From an uncultured bacterium (GTDB lineage: Bacteria; Chloroflexota; UBA5177; JANWHV01), in NCBI GenBank assembly GCA_963827235.1, contig CAWHAE010000012.1:832001-896000 (forward strand): 64,000 nt of DNA. The letters run 5' to 3'. Made by a program: the position numbers and the translations under genes. The notes below the pieces were generated by a model. It searched no databases. It was given only the letters and a program-made list of their open reading frames with translations, and had not been told where the DNA came from. Positions 9,640 through 19,787 of the stretch are shown piece after piece. How positions within the stretch are numbered: the first letter of the stretch is position 1; each line of letters begins with the position of its first letter.

Positions 9640-10380
9640 GTGTGCACGATTGACAAGCGCAGCACCGTCCCATATTACGAGCAGCTAGCAGAGCTGCTCA
9701 GGCAGGAAATCGACCAGAATAAGCCCCAGACCGGGCTGTATCAGCTGCCGTCGGAGAACGAGCTGGCAGAGCGGCACGGCGTTAGCCGCCCCACCATCCG
9801 GCACGCCCTGGACGCGCTGGAGCGTCAGGGCTATATCTACCGCGAGAAAGGCAGAGGCTCCTTTGCGGCAACCCGGAGGGTCGAGCACGAGCTGACGCGG
9901 CTGGTCTCCACGACGGAGGCGATGCGAAAACGCGGCTGGACGGTGTCCACTAGGGTGGTCAGTGTCAATCGCCTGCAGGCGCCGGCTCCCATCTCCCACG
10001 CGCTCGAGCTGGGGCCAGACGACTACGTGTACGAGCTGCGCCGGCTACGCATCGTGGACGACGTGCCCGTGAGCGTGCAAACCGCATTCCTGCCGGCCGA
10101 TCTCTGTCCCAAGCTCGAGGACAACGATCTCACCAGCTCCCTGTATCGCCTGCTCGACGCACGCTATGGCCTGCGGCTGTGGACAGGGACCGAGGTCATG
10201 CGGTCGCGCGGCGCCACCAAGGGGGAGGCCAAGCTGCTGCAGATACGGGAGGGAACGCCGGTGATGTTCGCTGAGCGCATCACGTACACCTCTACGGGCA
10301 CACCGGTCGAGTATCTCGAAGCCGCCTGGCGGGGCGATCGCTACGACCTTACGGTGGCTCTGACCCGGCCTCCGGATTGA
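9640..10380 (+). CDS. GntR-family (HutC/UTRA) transcriptional regulator
   Basis: LPSENELAERHGVSRPTIRHAL...GRGSF winged HTH plus a C-terminal UTRA domain. Confidence 0.93.
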   Translation: MCTIDKRSTVPYYEQLAELLRQEIDQNKPQTGLYQLPSENELAERHGVSRPTIRHALDALERQGYIYREKGRGSFAATRRVEHELTRLVSTTEAMRKRGWTVSTRVVSVNRLQAPAPISHALELGPDDYVYELRRLRIVDDVPVSVQTAFLPADLCPKLEDNDLTSSLYRLLDARYGLRLWTGTEVMRSRGATKGEAKLLQIREGTPVMFAERITYTSTGTPVEYLEAAWRGDRYDLTVALTRPPD

Positions 10381-10438
10381 TTTTGCACCTGTTGGCCCGC
10401 CGGGCGTAGCGGCCGATCTGTTAACGAAGGGACAGAAC

Positions 10439-11257
10439 ATGTTCGACCATATGGATTGGGGAATGGCCAACCGCTTGTCGAGGACGATCAAGCCGGACGG
10501 GCACTGCTTCTACCTTGCAATGGACCACGGCTACTTCCAGGGCCCGACACATTGCCTGGAGAAGCCCGGCCAGGCCGCCGAGCCCTTGCTTCCCTACGTC
10601 GACGCCCTCTTTGTGACCCGCGGCGTCCTGCGCGCCGCCATCAGCCCGTCCATGAGCCCCGCGCTTATCCTCCGTGTGTCGGGCGGCAACAGCATGGCGA
10701 TCGACGATCTGGCGAACGAAGATATCACCACGGCCATAGAAGACGTTATCCGGGTAAATGCCGCCGCCGTGGGCTTCTCCGTGTACGTCGGATCCGCGTT
10801 TCAGCACCAGACGCTCATGGCGCTCTGCAAGCTGGTCAACGAGTGTACCACCTACGGAATCCCGGTGATGGCCGTCACTGCAGTGGGTCGCGAGACGCAG
10901 AAGATGGAAGCACGGCACCTTTCCCTGGCTTGCCGCGTCTGCGCGGAGCTGGGTGCCACCGTGGTCAAGACCTACTACTGTGAGGACTTCGAGAAAGTAA
11001 CCGGAGGCTGCCCGGTGCCGGTAGTGATCGCGGGCGGTCCCAAGACCGACTCGGAGCTCGAGGTGCTGGAGTTCGTCTACAAGGGCATGCAGCAGGGCGC
11101 CATCGGCGTCAACCTCGGGCGCAACATCTGGCAGAACGACTACCCCACGGCAATGGCGCGGTCGTTGCAAGCGTTGATTCACGAGAATCTCAGGCCCCCT
11201 GAAGCGCACGAGCTGTTCCTGAGCCTGAAGAACGATGCCAAGCAGTCGGACCAATAG
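10439..11257 (+). CDS. lsrF: LsrF-family thiolase/aldolase (DhnA type)
   Basis: DWGMANRLSR, AMDHGYFQGPT, ELGATVVKTYY, VIAGGPK and GRNIWQ. Confidence 0.88.
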   Translation: MFDHMDWGMANRLSRTIKPDGHCFYLAMDHGYFQGPTHCLEKPGQAAEPLLPYVDALFVTRGVLRAAISPSMSPALILRVSGGNSMAIDDLANEDITTAIEDVIRVNAAAVGFSVYVGSAFQHQTLMALCKLVNECTTYGIPVMAVTAVGRETQKMEARHLSLACRVCAELGATVVKTYYCEDFEKVTGGCPVPVVIAGGPKTDSELEVLEFVYKGMQQGAIGVNLGRNIWQNDYPTAMARSLQALIHENLRPPEAHELFLSLKNDAKQSDQ

Positions 11258-11277
11258 CGCTGGACGAGCTGGCACGT

Positions 11278-11545
11278 TTGCCGACGGAGAAGCTGCGCGG
11301 CCTGTGCAGGCGCCTGGTACTGCTCCGCCGCCTTGAGGAGCGCGCCTACTTTCTATTCCTGCAGGGCAAGATCCCAGGTGCGGTGCACCAGTACCAGGGG
11401 CAGGAGGCGGTGGCCGTCGGTCTCTGCGACTACCTGAATCCCACGGACTGGATCACCTCCACGTACCGGCTTCAAGGTGGCACGCTGGCCAAGGGTGCCT
11501 CGCCCAGGGAGCGGTGATCAAGCGGCCCGGCGAGGACGTGCATCC
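11278..11545 (+). pseudogene. TPP-dependent dehydrogenase E1 alpha (AcoA/PdhA) N-terminal fragment joined to a short E1 beta-like remnant
   Basis: RRLEERAYFLFLQGKIPGAVHQYQGQEAVAVG...WITSTYR stops after 79 aa. The next bases read VIKRPGEDV, an E1 beta-like motif. Confidence 0.8.
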
Positions 11546-11620
11546 CAGGGCTCCGCCACTATTAGCCGGCGGCATCGTACTATGATGTTGGTTTGGCTCG
11601 GGAGAAAGGAATGACCGAGC

Positions 11621-12022
11621 ATGAGGGGAAGGATCCCTCAGGAGTTCGTCGACCTACTGCGGAGGCCGGCATTCGCCCATCTGGCCACGATCATGCCCGA
11701 CGGATCGCCGCAGGTGACGCCCGTCTGGGTCGACTTCGACGGCACGGACCTGCTGGTGAACTCCGCCAAGGGCCGTGTGAAGGACAAGAACATGCAGGCG
11801 CGCCCCAAGGTGGCCGTGGAGCTCAGCGATCCGGAAAACCCGTACCGCTACCTGTCCATTCGCGGACGCGTCGTAGACATAACGGAGGACGGCGCCGAAG
11901 CCCACATCGACAAGCTCAGCAAGAAGTACACGGGCTCGGATACGTTTCTCGGCCGCACGCCGGGCGAGATTCGCCGCATCTACAGAATCGAGATCGATCG
12001 AGTCCAGGCCAGGGGTGAGTAG
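11621..12022 (+). CDS. PPOX-class F420-dependent oxidoreductase
   Basis: AHLATIMPDGSPQVTPVW, KDKNM..RPKVA, NPYRYLSIRG and IDKLSKKY. Confidence 0.9.
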   Translation: MRGRIPQEFVDLLRRPAFAHLATIMPDGSPQVTPVWVDFDGTDLLVNSAKGRVKDKNMQARPKVAVELSDPENPYRYLSIRGRVVDITEDGAEAHIDKLSKKYTGSDTFLGRTPGEIRRIYRIEIDRVQARGE

Positions 12023-12482
12023 CACGCGTGCGCGGCATCGCCGGCCAAGAGAGGGCGCTTGTCCGCCCACTCGACGCGGCAGCGGACGGTCGTACGCGCC
12101 CGCCGCGTCGATCCTCGGGTGGGGCGCGGCCGCGCTCCTCTCGTGAGCGTTTCGCGCCGCGGGCTGTGCCGTGAATGCCGGGTGTCGACAGATGATGCAG
12201 GTATACCGTATCGTATCGGATGAGAGGCGCCGGTGGAGTCGGTACTTCGCGGAAGTGGACCCGGGCCTACCGGCCGATGCGCCGGCTCGCGCTCCGGACT
12301 CGCGGGCGGCATCCGGTGTTCGTTTACCGGTGGCCGTGCCGTGAACGATCCCGGCCCGCGACCGCCTGAACGGCCGGGTCTCGGTGCGGACGCGATACGG
12401 TTTGCCTACCCGGCCGGGCACTGCTCTGCCTCGGCTGCCGGAACGGCGCCGCGGTGGACGCGATCGTAGGGGGAGGCCCGGC

Positions 12483-14966
12483 ATGGACAGCCAGTCCGCG
12501 CGGCAGGCGAGCAAGAGCTTTGACGGATCGCCGGCGCGGTTACACGAGCAGGTGTCCGTCGTGGAGACGTCCGAAGAGCGCAAGCTTCGGCCCGAGGAGC
12601 TCCGCATTCTCAATGCGATTCAGCGACGCGTGCTCTGGCTTGCCACGCTGATGATCCACCATGCCAATCATTCCCGCCCCAACGTGGACAATCTGAAGGT
12701 AGGCGGTCACCAGGCTTCGTCGGCATCCATGGCCGGCATTCTGACCTCCCTCTACTTCCGCTACCTCGAAGCGGGCGATCGGGTCTCCGTCAAGCCGCAT
12801 GCTTCGCCCGCCTATCACGCCGTGCACTATCTGCTCGGCAATCTCGATCGCGAGTACCTCACCAGGTTGCGCTCATTTGGCGGTCTGCAGGCCTATCCCA
12901 GCCGCACGAAGGATCCCGATCCCATCGACTTCAGCACGGGCTCGGTAGGTCTCGGCGCCGTCGCACCGGCCTTCGCCGCCGTGGCGCATCGCTACGCCAA
13001 GCGGCACTTCGGCAGCGTCACGTCCAAGCGGTTCATCGCAATTCTCGGCGATGCCGAGCTGGACGAAGGAAGCGTGTGGGAGGCCGTGGCCGAGGAGGCC
13101 TTGCAAGGCCTGGGCAACGTGATGCTGATCGTCGACCTGAACCGCCAGAGTCTCGACCGTGTAGTGCCCGGTATTCGCGCCTCCCAGCTCAAGGCCCTGT
13201 TCGGTGCCGCTGGCTGGTGCGTGCTGGAAGCGAAGTATGGCCGCCTGCTCAAGGATGCCTTTGCTCGTCCAGGTGGCGACGCATTGCGCGCGCGCATCGA
13301 CGCGATGAGCAATGAGGAATACCAGAGCCTGCTGGTTCGCCGCGGCGATGACCTGCGGACGCGCCTGGTGCGGCCCGGCGGTCCCGGCACAGCCGAGGAT
13401 ACCGCGATCGCGACGGCACTACTCGACACTCAGGACGAGCATCTGCACGAGCTAATCGCCAACCTCGGCGGCCACGACCTGGACGAGCTGTTGCGCGCAT
13501 TCGAGCAGGCCGACCGATCGACCAACGCGCCCGCGGTCGTCTTCGCCTACACGATCAAAGGTTGGGGTCTGCCCCTGGCCGGTAATCCAATGAATCACTC
13601 CATGTTGCTCACCACGGAGCAGGTGGCCGCGCTTCAAGACGAGCTTGGCATCGCGCGGGGCGGCGAGTGGGATGCCTTCGAGCCCGGCACGCCCGAGGCG
13701 CTGTGGTGCCGGGCCTCCGCCGAGCGGCTGCGACAGGACCGGCGTGTGCTCCCGCAGACAGTGCAGGCCGCCGACATTCCGTCTGCCCTCGACGTGTCCT
13801 TTCCCAACGTGCTGTCTACTCAGGAGGCCCTGGGTCGCGTCCTGCCCAGGCTGGCGGAGATACCTCTCGCCGGCCCACGTATCGTGACCGCGGCGCCCGA
13901 CGTGGCCACCTCAACGCACCTGGGAAACTGGGTGGCCAAGGCGGGTGTCTTCGAGCCGGAAGCCCGGCCGGACTTCCAGGCAGACTCCGCCCGGCTGGTG
14001 CGCTGGCAGCCCGGACCGGAAGGGCATCACATCGAACTCGGCATCTCGGAGATGAACCTCTTCATGCTGCTCGGGCAGCTCGGCATGAGCCATGAGCTCT
14101 GCGGCCAGCTTCTCTTCCCGATCGGCACGGTGTACGACCCGTTCGTCTGCCGCGGACTAGACGCGCTCATCTACGGCCTTTACTCCGGTTCGCGCATGAT
14201 CTTTGCCGGCACGCCATCCGGCATCAGTCTGAGTCCCGAGGGCGGCGCGCACCAGTCTTCGGTCACGCCGTCCCTCGGCATCGAGCTGCCCGGCCTCGCC
14301 TGCTACGAGCTAGCCTTCGCGCGCGAGGTGGAGTGGGTGTTGCTGGAGGCGTTGCGCCAGTGCTGCGATCGCGCGCACGGATCGTCCACCTACCTGCGCC
14401 TTTCGACCAAAGGCATCGACCAGGCGCTCCTCGAGCCGGCAGTGCGGCGCTATGGCGAAGAGTCGTTGCGCCTGCAGGTGCTTGCCGGAGGCTACCGCCT
14501 GATGGAGGGCCGTGGCCTGGTGCCCGGCGCGGACGACGCGGACGTCGTGCAGCTGGCGACGACCGGTGCCATGGTGCCGGAGACCGTGGAGGCAGCCCGC
14601 CTGCTGGCCACTGAAGGTATTGCCGCCAACGTGCTGAACCTCACCAGCCCGGATCGCCTGTTCGCCGCCCTTCGCGCGTCTCGTGCTCACCGCCGCCGGG
14701 ACGCCGCTGCGTGCCCGGGCCTCGGCGCACTCGACGCGCTTCTGCCGCCCGCGGAGCGCGCGGCGCCGATCGTGACCGTGCACGACGCCTCGGCGCACAG
14801 CCTGGCCTTTCTCGGCGGTGCTTTCGGTGCGCCGACAGTGCCGCTGGGCGTCGACCAGTTCGGCCAGTCGGGCACGCAGAGCGACCTCTATCGCCAGGCT
14901 GAGATCGGCGCGGAGGATATCGTGGCGGCTGCCTACGTGGCGCTGGAGCTCCGCCAGGGATTGTGA
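12483..14966 (+). CDS. Homodimeric AceE-type pyruvate dehydrogenase E1 / transketolase-like TPP enzyme
   Basis: GGHQASSAS, YPSRTKD, STGSVGLG, TPP motif GDAELDEG...NRQSLD and EGGAHQS; GGAGG upstream of ATG 12483. Confidence 0.9.
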   Translation: MDSQSARQASKSFDGSPARLHEQVSVVETSEERKLRPEELRILNAIQRRVLWLATLMIHHANHSRPNVDNLKVGGHQASSASMAGILTSLYFRYLEAGDRVSVKPHASPAYHAVHYLLGNLDREYLTRLRSFGGLQAYPSRTKDPDPIDFSTGSVGLGAVAPAFAAVAHRYAKRHFGSVTSKRFIAILGDAELDEGSVWEAVAEEALQGLGNVMLIVDLNRQSLDRVVPGIRASQLKALFGAAGWCVLEAKYGRLLKDAFARPGGDALRARIDAMSNEEYQSLLVRRGDDLRTRLVRPGGPGTAEDTAIATALLDTQDEHLHELIANLGGHDLDELLRAFEQADRSTNAPAVVFAYTIKGWGLPLAGNPMNHSMLLTTEQVAALQDELGIARGGEWDAFEPGTPEALWCRASAERLRQDRRVLPQTVQAADIPSALDVSFPNVLSTQEALGRVLPRLAEIPLAGPRIVTAAPDVATSTHLGNWVAKAGVFEPEARPDFQADSARLVRWQPGPEGHHIELGISEMNLFMLLGQLGMSHELCGQLLFPIGTVYDPFVCRGLDALIYGLYSGSRMIFAGTPSGISLSPEGGAHQSSVTPSLGIELPGLACYELAFAREVEWVLLEALRQCCDRAHGSSTYLRLSTKGIDQALLEPAVRRYGEESLRLQVLAGGYRLMEGRGLVPGADDADVVQLATTGAMVPETVEAARLLATEGIAANVLNLTSPDRLFAALRASRAHRRRDAAACPGLGALDALLPPAERAAPIVTVHDASAHSLAFLGGAFGAPTVPLGVDQFGQSGTQSDLYRQAEIGAEDIVAAAYVALELRQGL

Positions 14967-15357
14967 CCGAGCAGGAGCTCTGGGGTTACTCGAGCGACAG
15001 TGCGTCCGTCCCATAGTGAGCGCTGGATGCAGCGGTACGCAACAGCCCATCCGGTGGAGTGCATCAAGCGGAGGCTGCCCTCGGCGGTGGAGCCGCCAGC
15101 AGAGTAGATCCGGGTCGAGCTCCTCCGATCATCCGGCCCGTGGTGCTCTGCTCCTTAGCACAAGCGTTCGCACGCACTACGCCTGGCGACTGTGGGAAAT
15201 GGTTACATGAGCGGGCGTCCTGGGCTGGCGCGCCTAGTAGAGCCCGATGGACTTCGGCTGAGCTCGACACGGTAGCTGGCCTGGTGACCGTGGCGGCTGC
15301 TCCTACGCCAAGCCCACGAGACGGATACGCTCTCCCGCGCCACGTACGGAACGCAGG

Positions 15358-16215
15358 TCACGTGGCACCACGATCGATACCGTCGCACAGGGTATGCACG
15401 AGTGCAGTCGCAATCGCGACTTGCCCGGCGAGGCTTGGATGAAGCCCGTCAGGCAGCAGATACGCTGGGTCGGCAGGATCGCCGAACACACGCTGCAGGT
15501 CGACGACCGGGTCCGCATACTGCCGGATACAGGAGGCGAGTACCGCCAGGTCCGCATTGCGGAAGCTCAGCTCCAGCGGCCCCAGCTGCCAATCAGCAGT
15601 GATCTGCGCCTCGATCACCGGCGGCGGTGTCATCCAGATCCAGCGAGCTCCGGTGCGTCCCGCCAGACGGCGCAGAGCCCGGAGGTTCCGATCAGTCGCC
15701 TCCGGGTCGGCCATGCGCGCTGCCTCGGGATACCCGTGCCGTCGTGCGTCGTTCGTTCCTGCCAGGACGATAATCCAGTCCGGCTTTTCGCGCACGACCT
15801 CGAGGACGCGGGCGATCATCTGGGCCGTCGTGTCGGCCGATACGCCGGCATTGACCACGCGGACACGATCCCGTGGCCGGCCCAGCGCAAGCAGGTGCCG
15901 CAGGATCTCCAGCCAGGATTGGTCGTCGTCGGTAATGCTGTCGCCAAGGCCGACTACGGTCGCTCCAGGCGCGAAAGGCAGGTGCCCTACCGCCAGAGCC
16001 ACCTCAGGGTCTTGCAGCATCCGACTCGCTGCCCGCATCACAAGATTGACCGAGCGGCGCTTGGCGTGGCGGTAGAAGGCAGCGTCGATGCCGAGGATGA
16101 CGGCCACCTGGTCGTCAGCCAGCGACGGCCCGCCGAAGCGGGACAGTACCTTCTCCGGATGCTGGAATTGAATGAACCGCGTTAGCTGCTCCTCGGTCAT
16201 ATCCGCGACCACCAT
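15358..16215 (-). CDS. SGNH/GDSL-family esterase
   Basis: LGDSITD, NAGVSADT, AGTND and DGLHP blocks; GAAAGG upstream of ATG 16215. Confidence 0.9.
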   Translation of the reverse strand: MVVADMTEEQLTRFIQFQHPEKVLSRFGGPSLADDQVAVILGIDAAFYRHAKRRSVNLVMRAASRMLQDPEVALAVGHLPFAPGATVVGLGDSITDDDQSWLEILRHLLALGRPRDRVRVVNAGVSADTTAQMIARVLEVVREKPDWIIVLAGTNDARRHGYPEAARMADPEATDRNLRALRRLAGRTGARWIWMTPPPVIEAQITADWQLGPLELSFRNADLAVLASCIRQYADPVVDLQRVFGDPADPAYLLPDGLHPSLAGQVAIATALVHTLCDGIDRGAT

Positions 16216-16461
16216 CGGACTACCTTTCATGCATGTGCCCACCCGGGCGGCTGGATGCCTCGGCAGCCGCGGGCCGCCCAGAGCGCCGGTCACGTAATAG
16301 CGCTGAGGCTGCCCTACGGCTATCTGGAGGCAGTCTGAAGGCGGTCGGTGCCCGGTTCGAGCCCGAAGTTGACTCGGAACCGCGCCATTTCGGTGCCGCT
16401 CATCACGACATATCTTTAATGTTGACCGGCACTCCAGTGCCGTGCCTTCCGCCCCGGCATG

Positions 16462-17250
16462 CTAGCTGCTCAGGCTCAGGCCGCCGCCGACCAGGCCGGC
16501 AAGCTCATCGCCGCCCGCCATCAGCTCCATGATCTCCTCAACTGTGTGCTCGCCCCGATTGAAGGAGGCGATCGTGTCGCCACGTCGCAGCACCATGAAG
16601 CGGTCGCCGATCAGTGCGGCGTGGTAGGCGTTGTGGGTGATGAACAGCACCGCGACATCGCGCCGGCGCACCGTGTCGATAAGCCGCAGCACGGTGGCCG
16701 ACTCCCTGACGCCAAGCGCCGCCGTCGGCTCGTCCAGCACGAGCACTCTCGCACCGAAGTAGATGGCTCGCCCAATGACGAGTGCCTGGCGCTCCCCACC
16801 AGAGAGGGTCCCAACCGGTTGGTTGCCATCATTGACGCGGCGGATGCCGAGCTCATGCATTTGCTGTACGGCGATGCGGCTCGCGGTCGCCAGGTCGAGG
16901 CGTCGGAACGGTCCTTTGCCCACGATCGGTTCCGCGCCGAGCACGAAGTTCCGCGCCACGCTCATCAAGGGGAGTGTCCCGCTCTCCTGATACACTGTCG
17001 CGATGCCGCGCGCCCGAGCATCGCGCGGGCTGGAAAGGTGGACCACCGATCCGTCGATGAGCACGCTGCCCTCCGACGGTCGCTCGACGCCGGTGAGTAT
17101 CTTGATCAGAGTCGATTTCCCCGCTCCGTTCTCTCCCAGCAAGCACAACACCTCGCCCGGAATGAGCCGGAGTGACACGTCGTGCACAGCCGTCACACCA
17201 ACGTAGTGCCTGGAAACGGAGCGGAGCTCGACGACGGGCTGCTTTTCCAA
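16462..17250 (-). CDS. Sugar ABC transporter ATP-binding protein (single NBD, CUT2)
   Basis: GENGAGKST, LSGGERQ, LVLDEPT and ITH. Confidence 0.93.
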   Translation of the reverse strand: MEKQPVVELRSVSRHYVGVTAVHDVSLRLIPGEVLCLLGENGAGKSTLIKILTGVERPSEGSVLIDGSVVHLSSPRDARARGIATVYQESGTLPLMSVARNFVLGAEPIVGKGPFRRLDLATASRIAVQQMHELGIRRVNDGNQPVGTLSGGERQALVIGRAIYFGARVLVLDEPTAALGVRESATVLRLIDTVRRRDVAVLFITHNAYHAALIGDRFMVLRRGDTIASFNRGEHTVEEIMELMAGGDELAGLVGGGLSLSS

Positions 17251-17262
17251 GTTCGGTCCCTT

Positions 17263-18342
17263 CTAGGCGCGTCCTACAGCCAGCCGACGCAGGTAGTTGT
17301 TGGCCAACACGGCGAGAAGCAAGAACGCCCCGATGAAGAGCTGCGTCAGGTCGGCGTTCCAGCCGAGATAGAAGACGCCGAGCGAGACGATGCCGTAGGT
17401 GATACAGCCAAATACGGTGCCGATCGTCGATCCGTACCCACCGCCCAAAAGCACGCCGCCGATGACTGCAGCGGCGATCGAGGTGAACACGTACTCCGAT
17501 CCGAGGGTCACGTTGCCGTTCCTGAAGGTAAGTGTCTCGATAATCCCGGCGAGCACGGCGCCCGTCGAGGAGGCGACGAAGAGCGTGACCTTCACAAAGC
17601 TCGTCGGCACGCCCGCGGAACGAGCGATCTGGGCATTCCCTCCGGTGGCGAAAACCCAGTTGCCGAATCGCGTGCGCTGCATCACATACGTGGCAATCAC
17701 GGCAAGCCCGATCCACCAGAGAATTGAGACCTCGAAGTTCTTCCAGGACGAGGCGAAGACCGTGGCAGCCGAGCCGACCGGGTTTGCCGAGATACTCGAG
17801 GCCTGGGTCAGCGCGTTCGAGATGCCGAGCGCACCTCCGGCAACCATGAGCATCGAAGCCAGGGTCACGATGAAGGAGGGCAGCTTTGTCCAGACGGTGA
17901 TCAGACCGTTAGCCAGGCCGATTAGAGCACCAATGACCAGGGAAATGACGACGCCCACCCAGGGCGAGACCGAATAGTAGCCGCCACAGATAGCGACGGT
18001 GATGGAGGTTGCACCGACTACCGATCCGACCGAAAGGTCAAACTCTCCTGCGGTCATCAGCAGACTCACCGGAATGGTTACGATGCCGAGTTGCGCCGCG
18101 CTATCGATCCAGTTCGCCGTGCCGAGCTGGCTGAGAAAGCCATTGCTAGCCCCGAGAACAGCAAAGAAGGCGAATACGATGATTGAAGAGACCAAGCCTC
18201 CTGTTTCCGGTCGCAAGAGCCACCTGCGGATGATTCCCACCCGCCAGCTCTCCCCGTCCGGATCGCCGGATGCTTGCGGACTCGGCCCGCCGGGAAGAGC
18301 GTCGCGGGATAACGGCCGATCACCCAACTGTTGCACAGTCAT
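17263..18342 (-). CDS. Sugar ABC transporter permease (RbsC-like)
   Basis: GEFDLSVGS, LPSFIVTL, TRFGNWVFATGGN and IAAAVIGG. Confidence 0.93.
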   Translation of the reverse strand: MTVQQLGDRPLSRDALPGGPSPQASGDPDGESWRVGIIRRWLLRPETGGLVSSIIVFAFFAVLGASNGFLSQLGTANWIDSAAQLGIVTIPVSLLMTAGEFDLSVGSVVGATSITVAICGGYYSVSPWVGVVISLVIGALIGLANGLITVWTKLPSFIVTLASMLMVAGGALGISNALTQASSISANPVGSAATVFASSWKNFEVSILWWIGLAVIATYVMQRTRFGNWVFATGGNAQIARSAGVPTSFVKVTLFVASSTGAVLAGIIETLTFRNGNVTLGSEYVFTSIAAAVIGGVLLGGGYGSTIGTVFGCITYGIVSLGVFYLGWNADLTQLFIGAFLLLAVLANNYLRRLAVGRA

Positions 18343-18442
18343 CCCTTCTTTGAGAGCAGATTCAGCGTGCTGCTATGGTCATGCCGGCCGGCGGATTCCC
18401 GATACCCATTGTCGGGAATCCGCCGGCGGTGTGGCAACAGGC

Positions 18443-19456
18443 TTAGGACGCGCCGAGAACTCCTGGATACTGCTTGCTGACCTGCAAAATCTTGGCGATG
18501 TTGGACTTGTCGATGATCGCAGGGCCAGTCGCCACCGGGCCAATGGGGGCCAAGCCGTACTTCGCGTACTCGAACGCGAACAACACGCCGTAGTAGCCGT
18601 CAAGGTACGGCTGCTCGTTTACCAGGAAGTCCAGGTTGCCGGACTGCAGATCGACGAGCGCGGCCTTGGACAGTGCCATGGTGCCGACGTGCACCTTGCC
18701 CGTCATGTCGGCCGCCGCGACCGCATCCACGGCATCCGTGCCGATCGCAGGATTCTCACAGAATACGGCGGTAAGTGACTTATGCGACTGGAGGAAGGCG
18801 CCGATGTCGGCCGCGACCTTCTGGGGATTGGTCGAGTCCGCCGAAGGGAGCGGCAGGTTAGTCGACGTGCCGCCGATAGATTTCTCGTATTGGGCCAGTC
18901 CGTCGCAGACTCTTGTCAGGTACGGGTTGCCGATCACGTTGATCACGCACACCGCGTTCTTCTGACCTGTGTCGGCAAAATGCCTCCCGGCTGCCTGTCC
19001 GACCGCTGGACCCTGCTGTCCCACGAAGCCGAAGGCCCCATCGGCCTGCCACTGGTCCTGACCGGACTGGTCTACATACACCGGAATGCCCTGGCTGATT
19101 GCTTGCTTGATCAGTGGGTCGACCACGCTGGTGACGAAGTCCCCGACCACTATCGCGTCGGGATGTTGCGCGATGGCCACCTGCATGGTGCGGGCCGACG
19201 ACGTGTTTATGTCACCCTCGTCGATTGGGATGTATTTGAAGGAGACATTGAGGTCCTTGGCAGCTTGGACGGCGCCGTTGTAGAGCGGCGGGAAGAAGTT
19301 GTCGGTGAGCGGACCGGAGACGAAATCAATCGAGATCGACTTGTCGGCGGCAGTTCCCGCGAACGTGGAGGAGTTGTATCCCAAGACCGAGGCAGCGAGC
19401 CCGAGGAGCGACACCATTGCCCCCAGGGCGAATCTCCTATGAAGAATCGAGCGCAT
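18443..19456 (-). CDS. Sugar ABC transporter substrate-binding protein (RbsB-like)
   Basis: Signal peptide, DNFF...GAVQAAKDL and the NEQPYLDGY motif. Confidence 0.9.
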   Translation of the reverse strand: MRSILHRRFALGAMVSLLGLAASVLGYNSSTFAGTAADKSISIDFVSGPLTDNFFPPLYNGAVQAAKDLNVSFKYIPIDEGDINTSSARTMQVAIAQHPDAIVVGDFVTSVVDPLIKQAISQGIPVYVDQSGQDQWQADGAFGFVGQQGPAVGQAAGRHFADTGQKNAVCVINVIGNPYLTRVCDGLAQYEKSIGGTSTNLPLPSADSTNPQKVAADIGAFLQSHKSLTAVFCENPAIGTDAVDAVAAADMTGKVHVGTMALSKAALVDLQSGNLDFLVNEQPYLDGYYGVLFAFEYAKYGLAPIGPVATGPAIIDKSNIAKILQVSKQYPGVLGAS

Positions 19457-19619
19457 GTGGTCCCCTTTCTCGTGGAGAGGTACTGGTTATAGAAACCCAA
19501 CAGGGTCTGGCACCTTTGCACTGCGACCGACCGCTTTCCGCCCCCTCTTCGCTCCCTTCCGTGCACCGTGCCGGGCCGCCGGTGGCGACGTCAACCAACT
19601 ATCCCATCACAATGGGCCT

Positions 19620-19649
19620 ACAATAGCATTCATACGTCGGTCATGTCAA
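19620..19649 (-). promoter_or_regulatory. Sigma70-type promoter of the ABC operon
   Basis: Minus strand TTGACA, 18 nt, (TGc)TATTGT in an AT-rich divergent intergenic region that also carries direct repeats CATAGATG x2 and TGCATTTTC x2. Confidence 0.6.
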
Positions 19650-19787
19650 TAGTCTTCACAAATACCATAGATGGCTGATACCTTCAGTCATAGATGCATT
19701 TTCTTGCATTTTCCAACTCATGGTGGGCATACTAGATTACGCGATTGCGGTGATGGAGCCATGAGGAGTATATGAAATGAGCAGACA

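Noticed and set aside
10434-10445. GAACATGTTC palindrome at the lsrF start as a LexA box
   Set aside because: The spacer is 2 nt rather than 4 and it overlaps the start codon.
12233-12469. Small ORF upstream of the PDH E1-like gene
   Set aside because: Low-complexity Arg/Gly/Pro composition and no recognisable homology.
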